Assembly: GCA_964454295.1 (NCBI GenBank)
Contig: CAYVTV010000003.1
Location: 1-43,662 of the forward strand
Length of the DNA stretch: 43,662 bases
Reading direction: 5' to 3'
From: an uncultured Bacteroidaceae bacterium
GTDB taxonomy: Bacteria > Bacteroidota > Bacteroidia > Bacteroidales > GCA-2748055
Within the stretch, counting starts at the first letter, position 1. Each line of letters opens with the position of its first letter. A program made the translations under genes and the position numbers. The notes beneath the pieces are model-generated. The model saw only the letters and a list, made by a program, of their open reading frames with translations. It had not been told where the DNA came from and did not search any database. Positions 27,900 through 37,708 of the stretch are shown here, piece after piece.

Positions 27900-30095
27900 A
27901 TGATGCCGGTTAAGTTACTTTTTAAATTGATTTTTGGAGTTTTGTTATTCTTATTTCAGGCTTGCAACGAGAGCGATGAGAATAATCTGCCCAAACCATT
28001 CAAAATTATCCCACATCCCCAACATATTGAACTTTCCGGAGGAAGGGGGCTTAATTATGGTGAACTGACAAATATAAAATCAGAAGGGGATTTCAGAAGA
28101 CCTGTTATGGGAAAGATATTATCGTTGCTCCCGGAATCATCTGAACAAAAATCAGGTTCCCTTACGCTCAGGATAGGAAAGGAAGAAGGATTGCCCGATT
28201 CTCCTGAATCGTACAAATTGACCGTCCGAAAAGGAAGCGTGGATATTGTCTCGCCAGGGGAAGCGGGGTTATTTTATGGTTGTCAGACTCTTGAGCAAAT
28301 GCTGGAAGACAGTCGCGATTTTAATACACCTGTACCTGCCTGCAGGATAATTGACTTTCCGGCAATGAAACACAGGGCAGTTCAGATTGATGTAAAGCAT
28401 CACCTGGATCATATGCGGGTTTATTACGAAATGGTTGACAAGCTTGCCCGCTATAAAATCAATGCCATAATTTTTGAGTTTGAGGATAAATTACGTTATA
28501 AACGGCAGCCTCTTGTCGGTGCTCCACAATCGATCAGTATAGATGAAATGGCGGCTCTGACTGAATACGCAAAAAGGCGCCATATTGAGATAAGCCCTCT
28601 GGTACAGGGACTCGGGCATGCCACTTTCATACTTAAACATGACCAGTATGCCCACCTCCGTGAATTACCCTATAACCGCTGGGCATTTTGTCCCCTTGAC
28701 GAAGGAACCTACAGGGTGTTGTTTGATATGTATCTTGATGCCATGGAGGCTACACCAGGTTCACGATATTTGCATATCGGGGGAGATGAAATAGGGAATA
28801 TCGGTTTATGTCCCAGATGCAAACCTGCAGCCGACAAGGATGGCCTTTTAAGTCTGAATCTATACTGGTTAAACAGAGTTTGTGAATTTATTACGGCAAA
28901 CGGTCGCATTCCCATATTCTGGGATGACATGCCATTAAAAGAAGCGGGGGTATATTCCACTACACGGGATACTCTGATTACTCCGGAAAAACTCGATGAG
29001 GTCTGGGAGAAAGGCGATAAGGATCTTCAGAAAGTTATTGATAGGTTTCCTGAGGAATGTATTTATATGCGCTGGAATTATACTATGTCACGCCAACCTG
29101 GAAATATCCGGACAATAGACTGGTTTATGGATAACGGATTAACAGTGTGGATAGCAACGGGAGCTCATTCAGGCCCTGCTGTGTTGTTTCCTTTCGACGA
29201 CAGAGACAAAGGAATGGATTCAAGAGGGTTACCCGCTATCAGAAGTTTTATTCAACTCGCGGCTGAAAAGGAAATTGAAGGAATGCTTTGCACAGCGTGG
29301 GATGATCGTTCTCCTCACTTTGAAACGTACTGGAGAGGATATATTGCCTCTGCTGAATATAGCTGGAACCCGTTTAGGAGAACATTAGATCAGTATGACC
29401 TGGCGTGGCTTCAAAGAGAATTTGGAACTACAATCACTGGTTTTGCCAATCTTTATCAGGAACTAAGAGAGGCATCAGTCTTTTATGAGAAGGCATTTTA
29501 TAAGAAAGGCAGCCGGATGGATGATGCAAATGCTCTTTTTAATTTACCGGGACTGGGACATTGGATGCCACCGAAAAAACCGGGAGAAAAGAAACGAACT
29601 GATTTTACAGATCTTCTCATTGAACTGCCGGATTTAAATAATCCGGGTAGCTGGAGTACAAATTATTCTGATCGAATTGAAAAAGCAATGAAAATACTCG
29701 ATAATTATGACCATACCACAGAACAGATAGTTGCTTTATATTCCCTGTCCCTTAGAAATCGCTATCACTGGGAGGTCTATAAAGCATTAAATGACTTCCA
29801 GATCACTGTCCCGCGGCTTCTTGCCGCTCTTCAGAAATGTGATACTCCGGATCCGGCATCCCTGAAAGACGGAAGAAACCAGGTCAGGGAAGCTATTCAG
29901 GAGTTTAATATAGTATGGGAAAATCTGCAAAAAGTATATAGTGAAACACGGTTTATATCTTATCCGGATGATTATATTCCTGACCGGTATTTTCATTTTG
30001 CCAGTCAGAGGGAGGATCTTACATATCTAATTCAAACCGAAGAGTTGTTTCATAAAATGGTGGGAAAGTGGATGAATGAACAGAGAAATGAATAA
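27900..30095 (+). CDS. GH20-like beta-N-acetylhexosaminidase lipoprotein (paralog 2)
   Basis: Lipobox FQAC and catalytic HIGGDE. Long blocks are identical to 6292-8466. Confidence 0.85.
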   Translation: MMPVKLLFKLIFGVLLFLFQACNESDENNLPKPFKIIPHPQHIELSGGRGLNYGELTNIKSEGDFRRPVMGKILSLLPESSEQKSGSLTLRIGKEEGLPDSPESYKLTVRKGSVDIVSPGEAGLFYGCQTLEQMLEDSRDFNTPVPACRIIDFPAMKHRAVQIDVKHHLDHMRVYYEMVDKLARYKINAIIFEFEDKLRYKRQPLVGAPQSISIDEMAALTEYAKRRHIEISPLVQGLGHATFILKHDQYAHLRELPYNRWAFCPLDEGTYRVLFDMYLDAMEATPGSRYLHIGGDEIGNIGLCPRCKPAADKDGLLSLNLYWLNRVCEFITANGRIPIFWDDMPLKEAGVYSTTRDTLITPEKLDEVWEKGDKDLQKVIDRFPEECIYMRWNYTMSRQPGNIRTIDWFMDNGLTVWIATGAHSGPAVLFPFDDRDKGMDSRGLPAIRSFIQLAAEKEIEGMLCTAWDDRSPHFETYWRGYIASAEYSWNPFRRTLDQYDLAWLQREFGTTITGFANLYQELREASVFYEKAFYKKGSRMDDANALFNLPGLGHWMPPKKPGEKKRTDFTDLLIELPDLNNPGSWSTNYSDRIEKAMKILDNYDHTTEQIVALYSLSLRNRYHWEVYKALNDFQITVPRLLAALQKCDTPDPASLKDGRNQVREAIQEFNIVWENLQKVYSETRFISYPDDYIPDRYFHFASQREDLTYLIQTEELFHKMVGKWMNEQRNE

Positions 30096-30115
30096 TAAGT
30101 ATATGTAACGAAGTT

Positions 30116-31636
30116 ATGGATACTGGTAAATTCAATCCTTACAATATCAGGAGAAAGGTATATCTTATAAAATCTTTTATTATTGTAATCATTATTGCTG
30201 TTTCCTGCAATAATCCTGTTTCTCAGGTATATTATGAGAGAGTGATAACTGAATTGAACATTGGTGAATCCAGGGATATAAGTCTTTCAAACGGTGAGGT
30301 GGTTAATATCAAGTTATTAAGTGTTCTGCCTGTTCATGATAATGTACGAAAAGCTATCCGTTCTGCAGCGGTTAGAGTATTAATTGATGGTGAGGAGGTG
30401 GTTTTGAATACAGGTAATTATAATCTGCCTTTAACGGTAGGCAAAGTGCAGATTGACTGTCCGGTAGTAAAAGATTATTATTTAAATAGTGACCGTGATC
30501 CCTGGAAATTAAAAAAGGATGCAAGATTCAGGATATGGCCTGAAGATTCTCCCTGGATAGCTCCCGGCACATTTGTTTATCCAATTAAACAGGCATGGTT
30601 CGCAGGCATGACTCAGGCAAGTAACGAACCAACTTATGTTGATTGGGGAGAGGATCCGTTGAGAGATAAGATATATTATCATTCCGGCGTTGATTTTGGG
30701 GGAGCAGAAGGGTTGGATACAATTATCTCTGCTACTGATGGTATTGTCATATCTGCAAGAAATGAAAAATTGGAAGGATACGACCACGTTCCTGCGTATG
30801 TTATCTATGATGCTGTTAATATTCTTGATGAACGCGGATGGTTGATCAGATATGCGCATCTGGACAAAACTGATGATGCTGTTCAACTGGGAGCGGTGAT
30901 CAATAAAGGTCAGAATATTGGTTTAATCGGAAAGCAGGGAATGAGTGGCGGATGGGTGCACCTCCATTTTGCCGTAAGTTCATTCAGTGAGTATACAGGT
31001 GACTGGATAGCGGAAGATATTTATCCGTATCTGTGGGAATCATATATAAGAGAATATAACCCTGATATACTTGCTGTTGCACGTCCCCATATTCTCGCAT
31101 GGACAGGTGACACAGTCGTATTGGATGGAAGTAAATCCCAAAGTTTAATAAGTGATATTATCTTGTACGAATGGTCATTATCTGATGGTAAAACTGTCAA
31201 CGGGATTACTCAGAGAATGATCTATGACAGACCTGGCGAATATAGCGAAATACTTAAAGTAACTGATAAGAATGGAAATATCTCATATGATTTTACAGTT
31301 GTACAGGTTCGCTCCGGGGAATTTCCGGGGAAAGCGATTCCAACTATTCACGCAGGTTTTTTCCCTACTCTGGGATTAAAACCGGGAGACACAGTAAAAT
31401 TCTTTGCGCGAACTTTTAACAGTAATACCGGTAATGAGGTTTGGGATTTTGGAGATGGATCACCCAAAGTATCAGTACAATCTGATTTTGTTGAACGAAA
31501 TAATTATGTTACCGGGAAATACTCCGAGGCGCTCCATAGTTTTAAAACTCCCGGTAATTATGTGGTTAAGGTGGAGAGAGAAAATGAAAACGGGTATAAG
31601 GCTTTTATTTGCCTTCATGTTGTGGTAAATAATTAG
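30116..31636 (+). CDS. M23 metallopeptidase-domain lipoprotein with PKD-like domains
   Basis: Lipobox AVSC. Zn motifs are HSGVD (HxxxD), YAHL and HLHF (HxH). PKD-like segments are LDGSKS..YEW..PGEY and WDFGDGS..PGNY. Confidence 0.85.
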   Translation: MDTGKFNPYNIRRKVYLIKSFIIVIIIAVSCNNPVSQVYYERVITELNIGESRDISLSNGEVVNIKLLSVLPVHDNVRKAIRSAAVRVLIDGEEVVLNTGNYNLPLTVGKVQIDCPVVKDYYLNSDRDPWKLKKDARFRIWPEDSPWIAPGTFVYPIKQAWFAGMTQASNEPTYVDWGEDPLRDKIYYHSGVDFGGAEGLDTIISATDGIVISARNEKLEGYDHVPAYVIYDAVNILDERGWLIRYAHLDKTDDAVQLGAVINKGQNIGLIGKQGMSGGWVHLHFAVSSFSEYTGDWIAEDIYPYLWESYIREYNPDILAVARPHILAWTGDTVVLDGSKSQSLISDIILYEWSLSDGKTVNGITQRMIYDRPGEYSEILKVTDKNGNISYDFTVVQVRSGEFPGKAIPTIHAGFFPTLGLKPGDTVKFFARTFNSNTGNEVWDFGDGSPKVSVQSDFVERNNYVTGKYSEALHSFKTPGNYVVKVERENENGYKAFICLHVVVNN

Positions 31637-31702
31637 GATAAACAGATGCTGTTATCTGCGAGAATAGAATTAATAAATGAATTTGTTTCACTTATAAATT
31701 AA

Positions 31703-34174
31703 TTGAGAATGATCTTTATACTAATAAACTATTTAAAGGTTCACTGCTATAAATCCAGGATTTACGTGACATCCGTTTTTCTGTTTCTTATTATGCTTTC
31801 TGCTTTTTCCGGCAATTCTTTACCTTCAGAAAACAGAAGTTCAGACATAAAAGCGTTTTTTCGGGAAACTGACACTGAGTATATTTTTTCAAATACTTTT
31901 TCAAAGCTTGTTATTGAGAAATCCACATGGAAAATGAAACTTTATGATCCTGAAGTGATGGAGCATTATTCCGATTATTCCCCACCGGCATTTTTTTCGG
32001 ATGACAGATGGATAACAGTAGAGGGTTATTCTACGGCTGAACAACTCAATGAAAATAATTACCTGATCAGTATTTCAGGTACGAACCACATGAATTTTTC
32101 AATCTCAGTTAAAAGTATAAGTGAATATGGATTCAATACCGTTATAAGGAGCAGTATTCCTGATGTTGTAAAAGTAAGGGGAACGATACGGTTAAATCCG
32201 GTGGAGGAAATTTATGGTTTTGGAGAAATGTGGAACGGGAGTGTGCATCAGAGAGGGAAATCATTTGATCTATGGGTAAAAGGAGGCACGCCTGATGAAT
32301 GTGTATATATGCCGTATTTTGTTTCCACAAATAACTATTGTTTCTATCTAAACTATGGGGGTCTGGTGTCATTCGATGTAGGACAAAGGAAAGCTGATGA
32401 GCTGGTTTATGTTGCGACAACAGATGTAATTGATTTTACTTTGATCTCAGGAGAATCTATATCAACTGCTGTCAGGAATTTTTTATCAATAACCGGAATG
32501 CCTGCAAAACCACCCCGCTGGGCATATAAACCATGGTTCTGGCTGATGGGTGATCCGGATATTCCGGGTGGAAATCTTTCAACATTAAAGGGAGAGCATT
32601 TCGTGAAAATGATAAATAAGCTGCACGATCTTAATATACCGGTTGGGGCAACCTGGATGGAGCCTCCCTGGCAGGATGCCCGTAATACATTTATTCCGGA
32701 TAAAGAATTCAGTCCTGATTTAAAAGGATTGATCAGAGAAATAAGTGATATGGATGTTCACACTCTGGCCTGGGCGGTTCCCTATACGCTTCCTGATGCT
32801 TCAAACTGGCGTGAGGCAGTGGAGAATGGGTATCTCGTGCGCAAACCCAAAAAAGACACATCAGAAGGCGATTATACAATTACTGAAACTGGTGAGCTGG
32901 ATGGTAATTTTTATACGTATATTGATTTTTTTAACCCTGAAGCTGTAAGATGGTGGCAGTACCAGATAGAGAGATCACTGGATCTGGGCTTAAAAGGCTT
33001 TAAACTTGATGATGGTCAGCACCTTCCCCCTGATGCAGTACTTTTTGGCGGCAAAATCGGGAAAGACTACCGTAATTCGTATGGCCTGGAATATCATAAG
33101 GTTTTTTATGAAACCCTTAACAGAAGATACGGTGATGATTTTTTAATGATTCCACGTGCGGCATGGATCGGTTCGGCATCATATACAAATTTTAAATGGC
33201 CTGGTGATTTATCCGGCTCATTTGCAAATAACGGACTGCCATCATCTGTTTATTCATCCCTTTCTCTGGCTTTCTCCGGAATTCCTTTTGTTTCTACTGA
33301 TATAGGTGGATTTGTAAATAAACCTTCTCCGGAAAATGTCTGGATACGGTGGGCTCAGTTTGGGGCTTTCCTTCCCGGAATGCAAACTTTGCATATGCCC
33401 TGGTGGTATTCTGAAAAGGCAATAAACCATTTTAGGTGGCTTACATGGCTTCATACCGACCTAACTCCTTACTGGATGAGTCTTGCAAATGAAACTCATG
33501 AAACAGGAGCACCTATTTGCCGGCCTTTAGTGTGGAATTACCAACATGATATGGATAGCTGGAGAATAGATGATCAGTTTACGGTAGGTGATTATTTAAT
33601 GGTAGCACCATTTATGAATCCGAACAGTGAACGGCAGGTTTATATACCTGAGGGGACATGGATGGAATTTCAGAATGAAAAGATATCTCATACCGGCCCA
33701 AAAACGATACGCTGGTTTAAAGGATACGGTGAAACCGGCTTATACTCCTTGCCCTTGTTTGTGAAGGAGGGTGCCATTATTCCCATGGAAATCGTTAACA
33801 ATGTTACAGGTCTTGGATGGGAAGGATCAATGGACTTTATTACTCTATGTATTTGGCCGGAATATATGTCTGAGAATGAATTTCATTTGAGGGACATGGA
33901 AGATGTAAGAATAAATACTAACTGGAACAGTGATACTAAAATAGAAATATCCTGGTCTGAATCTACCCTGGATTATATTTTAAGAGTATATTTTGTAAGA
34001 GGAAATATACCTATTAGAATATATTCAGAAAAAACTTTGTTACATTTATTTCCTGATTTGGGCTCTTTTAAACAATCCACGGCAGATGGATGGTTCTATG
34101 ATACAGAAACCCATGAATTGTGGGTGAGGAAGAAGAGGAGCAATGCAAATGAGATCGCAATTCACCTTAGATAA
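31703..34174 (+). CDS. Glycoside hydrolase family 31 (start codon uncertain)
   Basis: IYGFGE, MPYFVS, TGMPAKPPRWA, IDFFNPEAVRWW, GFKLDDG (nucleophile), KWPGD (acid/base), TDIGGF, RWAQFG and LMVAP. Confidence 0.9.
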   Translation: MRMIFILINYLKVHCYKSRIYVTSVFLFLIMLSAFSGNSLPSENRSSDIKAFFRETDTEYIFSNTFSKLVIEKSTWKMKLYDPEVMEHYSDYSPPAFFSDDRWITVEGYSTAEQLNENNYLISISGTNHMNFSISVKSISEYGFNTVIRSSIPDVVKVRGTIRLNPVEEIYGFGEMWNGSVHQRGKSFDLWVKGGTPDECVYMPYFVSTNNYCFYLNYGGLVSFDVGQRKADELVYVATTDVIDFTLISGESISTAVRNFLSITGMPAKPPRWAYKPWFWLMGDPDIPGGNLSTLKGEHFVKMINKLHDLNIPVGATWMEPPWQDARNTFIPDKEFSPDLKGLIREISDMDVHTLAWAVPYTLPDASNWREAVENGYLVRKPKKDTSEGDYTITETGELDGNFYTYIDFFNPEAVRWWQYQIERSLDLGLKGFKLDDGQHLPPDAVLFGGKIGKDYRNSYGLEYHKVFYETLNRRYGDDFLMIPRAAWIGSASYTNFKWPGDLSGSFANNGLPSSVYSSLSLAFSGIPFVSTDIGGFVNKPSPENVWIRWAQFGAFLPGMQTLHMPWWYSEKAINHFRWLTWLHTDLTPYWMSLANETHETGAPICRPLVWNYQHDMDSWRIDDQFTVGDYLMVAPFMNPNSERQVYIPEGTWMEFQNEKISHTGPKTIRWFKGYGETGLYSLPLFVKEGAIIPMEIVNNVTGLGWEGSMDFITLCIWPEYMSENEFHLRDMEDVRINTNWNSDTKIEISWSESTLDYILRVYFVRGNIPIRIYSEKTLLHLFPDLGSFKQSTADGWFYDTETHELWVRKKRSNANEIAIHLR

Positions 34175-34198
34175 TACGTAATTTAAAAGTAAAGAAAT

Positions 34199-35314
34199 AT
34201 GAATGACAGAAGTACTCAAAAATTACGATTAAAATCGCTGGATATTTTACGCGGTTTTGATATGTTTTGGATTATCGGTGGCGGAGCACTTATTCTTGCT
34301 CTGGAAAAGATGAACAGTATGGCCTGGATACAACCCATTGCTGCCCAGATGCATCACGTAAAATGGGAGGGATTTCATTTTTTTGACCTTATTTTCCCTC
34401 TGTTCATGTTTATATCTGGTGTGGCAATCCCTTTTGCGATTACTTCAAAGGTTGAGAAAGGAGTGGACAAAAAATCCCTGCAGTGGAAGATCGTTAGAAG
34501 AGCTTTAATTCTTGTAGTGTTTGGAATAATGTATAATGGTGCCCTGCAGAAAGGTTTCGCCGAAGCAAGATATGCTAGCGTTTTGGGACAAATAGGTCTG
34601 GCTTATGGAATTGCCGCCTCCATTGTTTTGCATACAAAGTCGGTAAAGATTCATGTAGTCTGGTTGCTGCTGATCCTGATATTTATTACAGTTTTGCAGC
34701 TTTTTGTGCCTGTGCCCGGCTATGGCGCCGGCCTACTTGAACCGGGTAGAAGTATTAATGCATGGATTGATCAGTTATTATTACCAGGTAAATTATATGG
34801 CCGTACATATGATCCGGAAGGTATTCTATGTATCGTATCTGCTGTCTCGGTAACACTAATGGGAGCTATTGCAGGGGTTTTAGTTCGTTCGGGGAAATTG
34901 TCACTAACTAAGAAAGCTTTGACCTTATTTATTTCAGGGGTAGTTTTAATTATTGTTTCTCTCCTGTTGTCACCTGTATATCCTATTATAAAAAAAATAT
35001 GGACAGTACCTTTTAATCTCCATGCCGGAGGGATCAGCCTGATCCTGTTAGCTCTATTTTATTATGTTTTTGATGTCCAAAACATGTGTGGAAAGATTTG
35101 TTCAAAAATTTCATTCTTCTTTATGATCATTGGACTAAACTCAATAACCATTTATATGGCTGCAAGGATTATTCCTTTCAGGGATATTTCACTCTTTTTT
35201 ACAGGATGGCTGGCAGCTCCTGCCGGAGAGTGGATTGTTGTCGTTGGAATGATCACTTTGGAGTGGTTGCTTTTATATTATCTTTACCGGAAAAATATTT
35301 TCCTGAGAGTGTAG
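34199..35314 (+). CDS. HGSNAT/NagX-like (DUF5009) membrane acyltransferase-family protein
   Basis: RLKSLDILRGFDMFWI, HVKWEG, DLIFPLFMFISG, DPEGIL, PIIKKIWT, IGLNSI and multiple TM helices. Confidence 0.88.
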   Translation: MNDRSTQKLRLKSLDILRGFDMFWIIGGGALILALEKMNSMAWIQPIAAQMHHVKWEGFHFFDLIFPLFMFISGVAIPFAITSKVEKGVDKKSLQWKIVRRALILVVFGIMYNGALQKGFAEARYASVLGQIGLAYGIAASIVLHTKSVKIHVVWLLLILIFITVLQLFVPVPGYGAGLLEPGRSINAWIDQLLLPGKLYGRTYDPEGILCIVSAVSVTLMGAIAGVLVRSGKLSLTKKALTLFISGVVLIIVSLLLSPVYPIIKKIWTVPFNLHAGGISLILLALFYYVFDVQNMCGKICSKISFFFMIIGLNSITIYMAARIIPFRDISLFFTGWLAAPAGEWIVVVGMITLEWLLLYYLYRKNIFLRV

Positions 35315-35459
35315 AGTGTGGCGTATTATAAAATTTTTAAGCCTGCGGAAGAGTCTTCACCAGGGAACTCAAAGGGGGAATCATAATATGTTTATATACA
35401 ATGCATTATTAAAGATTCTATAATCTGCGTAATTTGAGCACAATTATTTTTAAACATAC

Positions 35460-36686
35460 ATGAGAAATAAATTACTTATTGCCTTAAGCGCCGTTGGCCC
35501 CGGCCTTTTCCTCATAGGCTACAACATTGGTACCGGCAGTGTAACCACCATGGCCAAGACCGGGGCGGAACACGGGATGACCTTGTTCTGGGCACTGGTT
35601 TTATCCTGCATATTTACCTTCATATTAATGGTGGCATATGGTAAGGTTACACTGGTGTCAGGTAATACTGCCCTGTATAACATTAAAAATGAATTTGGTT
35701 ACGGATGGTTGCTGGCACTGTATATACTTATTGCGTTGATAATAGGTGAGTTGCTGGCACTTATAGGAGTAATGGGTATTGTAGCTGACCTTGTACAGGA
35801 AGGGATACGACTGTTATTTTCAGGGGTCATGGTCAACAGGGCATGGATCATCCTTGTGCTGGCAACGGGGTTATATTTCTTACTCTGGTTCGGGCGATAC
35901 AAAACTTTCGAAAAAGTACTGACATTTTTCGTGATTTTTATGGGATTATCCTTCATAGTTGTATTTTTTATGATCAGACCTAATATATCAGTTATTGCAG
36001 AGGGACTTATACCCGGTGTTCCAAAAGTTCCCGGAGCATTTGGTCTGGTGGCCGCCATTGCAGGTACTACCTGTTCTGCAGCCGTATTTATTATGCGTAG
36101 TACAGTGGTCGCTGAGAAAGGGTGGGGTATCAAGGATCTGAAAACAGAAAAAAGAGATGCTTTTGTGTCGGCCTCCATGATGCTGTTTCTGAGTGCTGTT
36201 ATAATGGCGGTGTCGGCAGGAACTCTTCATGTTATGGGATTCAAACTTGAAAATACAGTTGAGATGATCCATCTGTTTCAGCCTATCGGGGGCAGGATCG
36301 CCGCTTTTATCCTGATATTGGGAATTGTCGGTGCAGGATTATCCACTATATTTCCTATCGTATTAATAGCTCCATGGTTAATTGCAGATTATACCGGGAA
36401 GCCAAGAGATATTCATTCAACTCAATCCAGATTGTTGATATTTGTCGCTTTGCTTTTTGCCTTTGGCACTGTCTTCCTTGAAAGGAGACCCCCCGCCCTT
36501 ATGATCTTTTCACAGGCATTTCAGGCATGTATCCTGCCTGCAGTGGCTATTCCCATTTTAATACTTATAAACAGAGGGAGTCTGATGAAAACACATAAAG
36601 CCGGGTTAAAAGAAAATATTGGTATCTGGGCAGTGGTTCTTTTTTCGTTTATGACTACATGGTTTGCTATTACGGAGTTGTTTTAA
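35460..36686 (+). CDS. NRAMP-like (APC fold) inner-membrane transporter lacking canonical metal ligands
   Basis: GPG..IGTGSVTT..GA.HG..LFW N-terminal pattern and about 11 hydrophobic segments. DPGN and MPH are absent. Confidence 0.75.
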   Translation: MRNKLLIALSAVGPGLFLIGYNIGTGSVTTMAKTGAEHGMTLFWALVLSCIFTFILMVAYGKVTLVSGNTALYNIKNEFGYGWLLALYILIALIIGELLALIGVMGIVADLVQEGIRLLFSGVMVNRAWIILVLATGLYFLLWFGRYKTFEKVLTFFVIFMGLSFIVVFFMIRPNISVIAEGLIPGVPKVPGAFGLVAAIAGTTCSAAVFIMRSTVVAEKGWGIKDLKTEKRDAFVSASMMLFLSAVIMAVSAGTLHVMGFKLENTVEMIHLFQPIGGRIAAFILILGIVGAGLSTIFPIVLIAPWLIADYTGKPRDIHSTQSRLLIFVALLFAFGTVFLERRPPALMIFSQAFQACILPAVAIPILILINRGSLMKTHKAGLKENIGIWAVVLFSFMTTWFAITELF

Positions 36687-36746
36687 TCATATAGAAAAAA
36701 GTTCATTAAATGTTAAGTAGACGTAAAATAATTTAGATTAATAAAA

Positions 36747-36813
36747 AAAACGCAAAGGCGCAAAGGCGCAAAAAAACGCAAAGGTAAAAAACGCAAAGCG
36801 TTGATTATGAACA
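36747..36813. repeat. CGCAAAGG REP-like tandem repeat cluster
   Basis: Five CGCAAA(G) units. The 25-mer AAAACGCAAAGGCGCAAAGGCGCAA is identical to 42496-42520. Confidence 0.8.
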
Positions 36814-36853
36814 GAAATCATAAAATCGGTATTAATTAAATTCTAAAAATATC

Positions 36854-37627
36854 ATGGCAAATGTTATTCGCTCATTTCAGAAAGACAATCTTCAGGTAAA
36901 AGTTTATAATAATCCCCGGGAAGCAGGGGTTTCTGCGGCTGATTTTGTTGCAGGGACACTAAAATCGGGTATTGAAGAAAAGGGGAAAGCAAACCTGATA
37001 CTTGCTACAGGTGCATCGCAGTTTTCTTTCCTGGATGCCCTCAAACAAAAACAGCTGCCGTGGTCGAAGATCACTGTTTTTCACCTGGATGAATATAAAG
37101 ATATTTCTGATCAGCATCCTGCCAGTTTTCGGAAATATCTCAAGGACCGTATTCTGGATATTGTAAAACCGGGGGAGGTCTATCTTATCAACGGGGATGC
37201 CAAAGATCTGGAAAAGGAAATAGCCAGATATGAACAACTTTTAAAAGATCATCCTGTAGATGTGGCATGTATAGGGATTGGCGAAAATGGGCATATAGCC
37301 TTTAACGATCCTCCGGTTGCCGATTTCAATGATCCGAAATGGGTCAAAGTGGTCGAACTCGATGAAACATGCCGCCTTCAACAGTTTGGTGAGGGTTGGT
37401 TCCCTTCACTTGATGATGTGCCAAGTGAAGCCGTGTCACTTACCATCACTGCCATTATGAATTGCAAAACAATAAGTTGTGTGGTCACTGACAAACGAAA
37501 AGCCAATGCTGTATACAACACCTTAAATGGAGAAATAAGTACTGCTTGCCCGGCAAGTATTTTAAGGAAACATACGGATACGGTACTGTTTCTGGATACG
37601 GCGGCAGGTTCCTTACTCAAAGAATGA
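36854..37627 (+). CDS. nagB: Glucosamine-6-phosphate deaminase family protein
   Basis: LATGASQ, FHLDEY, HPASF, GIGENGHIAFNDPP and CPASIL. Confidence 0.85.
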   Translation: MANVIRSFQKDNLQVKVYNNPREAGVSAADFVAGTLKSGIEEKGKANLILATGASQFSFLDALKQKQLPWSKITVFHLDEYKDISDQHPASFRKYLKDRILDIVKPGEVYLINGDAKDLEKEIARYEQLLKDHPVDVACIGIGENGHIAFNDPPVADFNDPKWVKVVELDETCRLQQFGEGWFPSLDDVPSEAVSLTITAIMNCKTISCVVTDKRKANAVYNTLNGEISTACPASILRKHTDTVLFLDTAAGSLLKE

Positions 37628-37708
37628 AATTTTTCATATTTGGAAATGCCAATTCGCTAATTGGGTTAGTTTAGAAAATTTATTTTCTTCAAAAAACAAT
37701 ATTTCATT

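Noticed and set aside
35318-35386. Short frame VAYYKIFK.. resembling VAYYK in the GH109 gene
   Set aside because: The match is only about 17 nt in AT-rich DNA and does not extend, so it is probably chance.
35460-36686. Calling the transporter mntH
   Set aside because: The DPGN and MPH metal-binding motifs are absent.
36747-36813. CRISPR array
   Set aside because: The units are about 8 bp with no spacers, and there are no cas genes.
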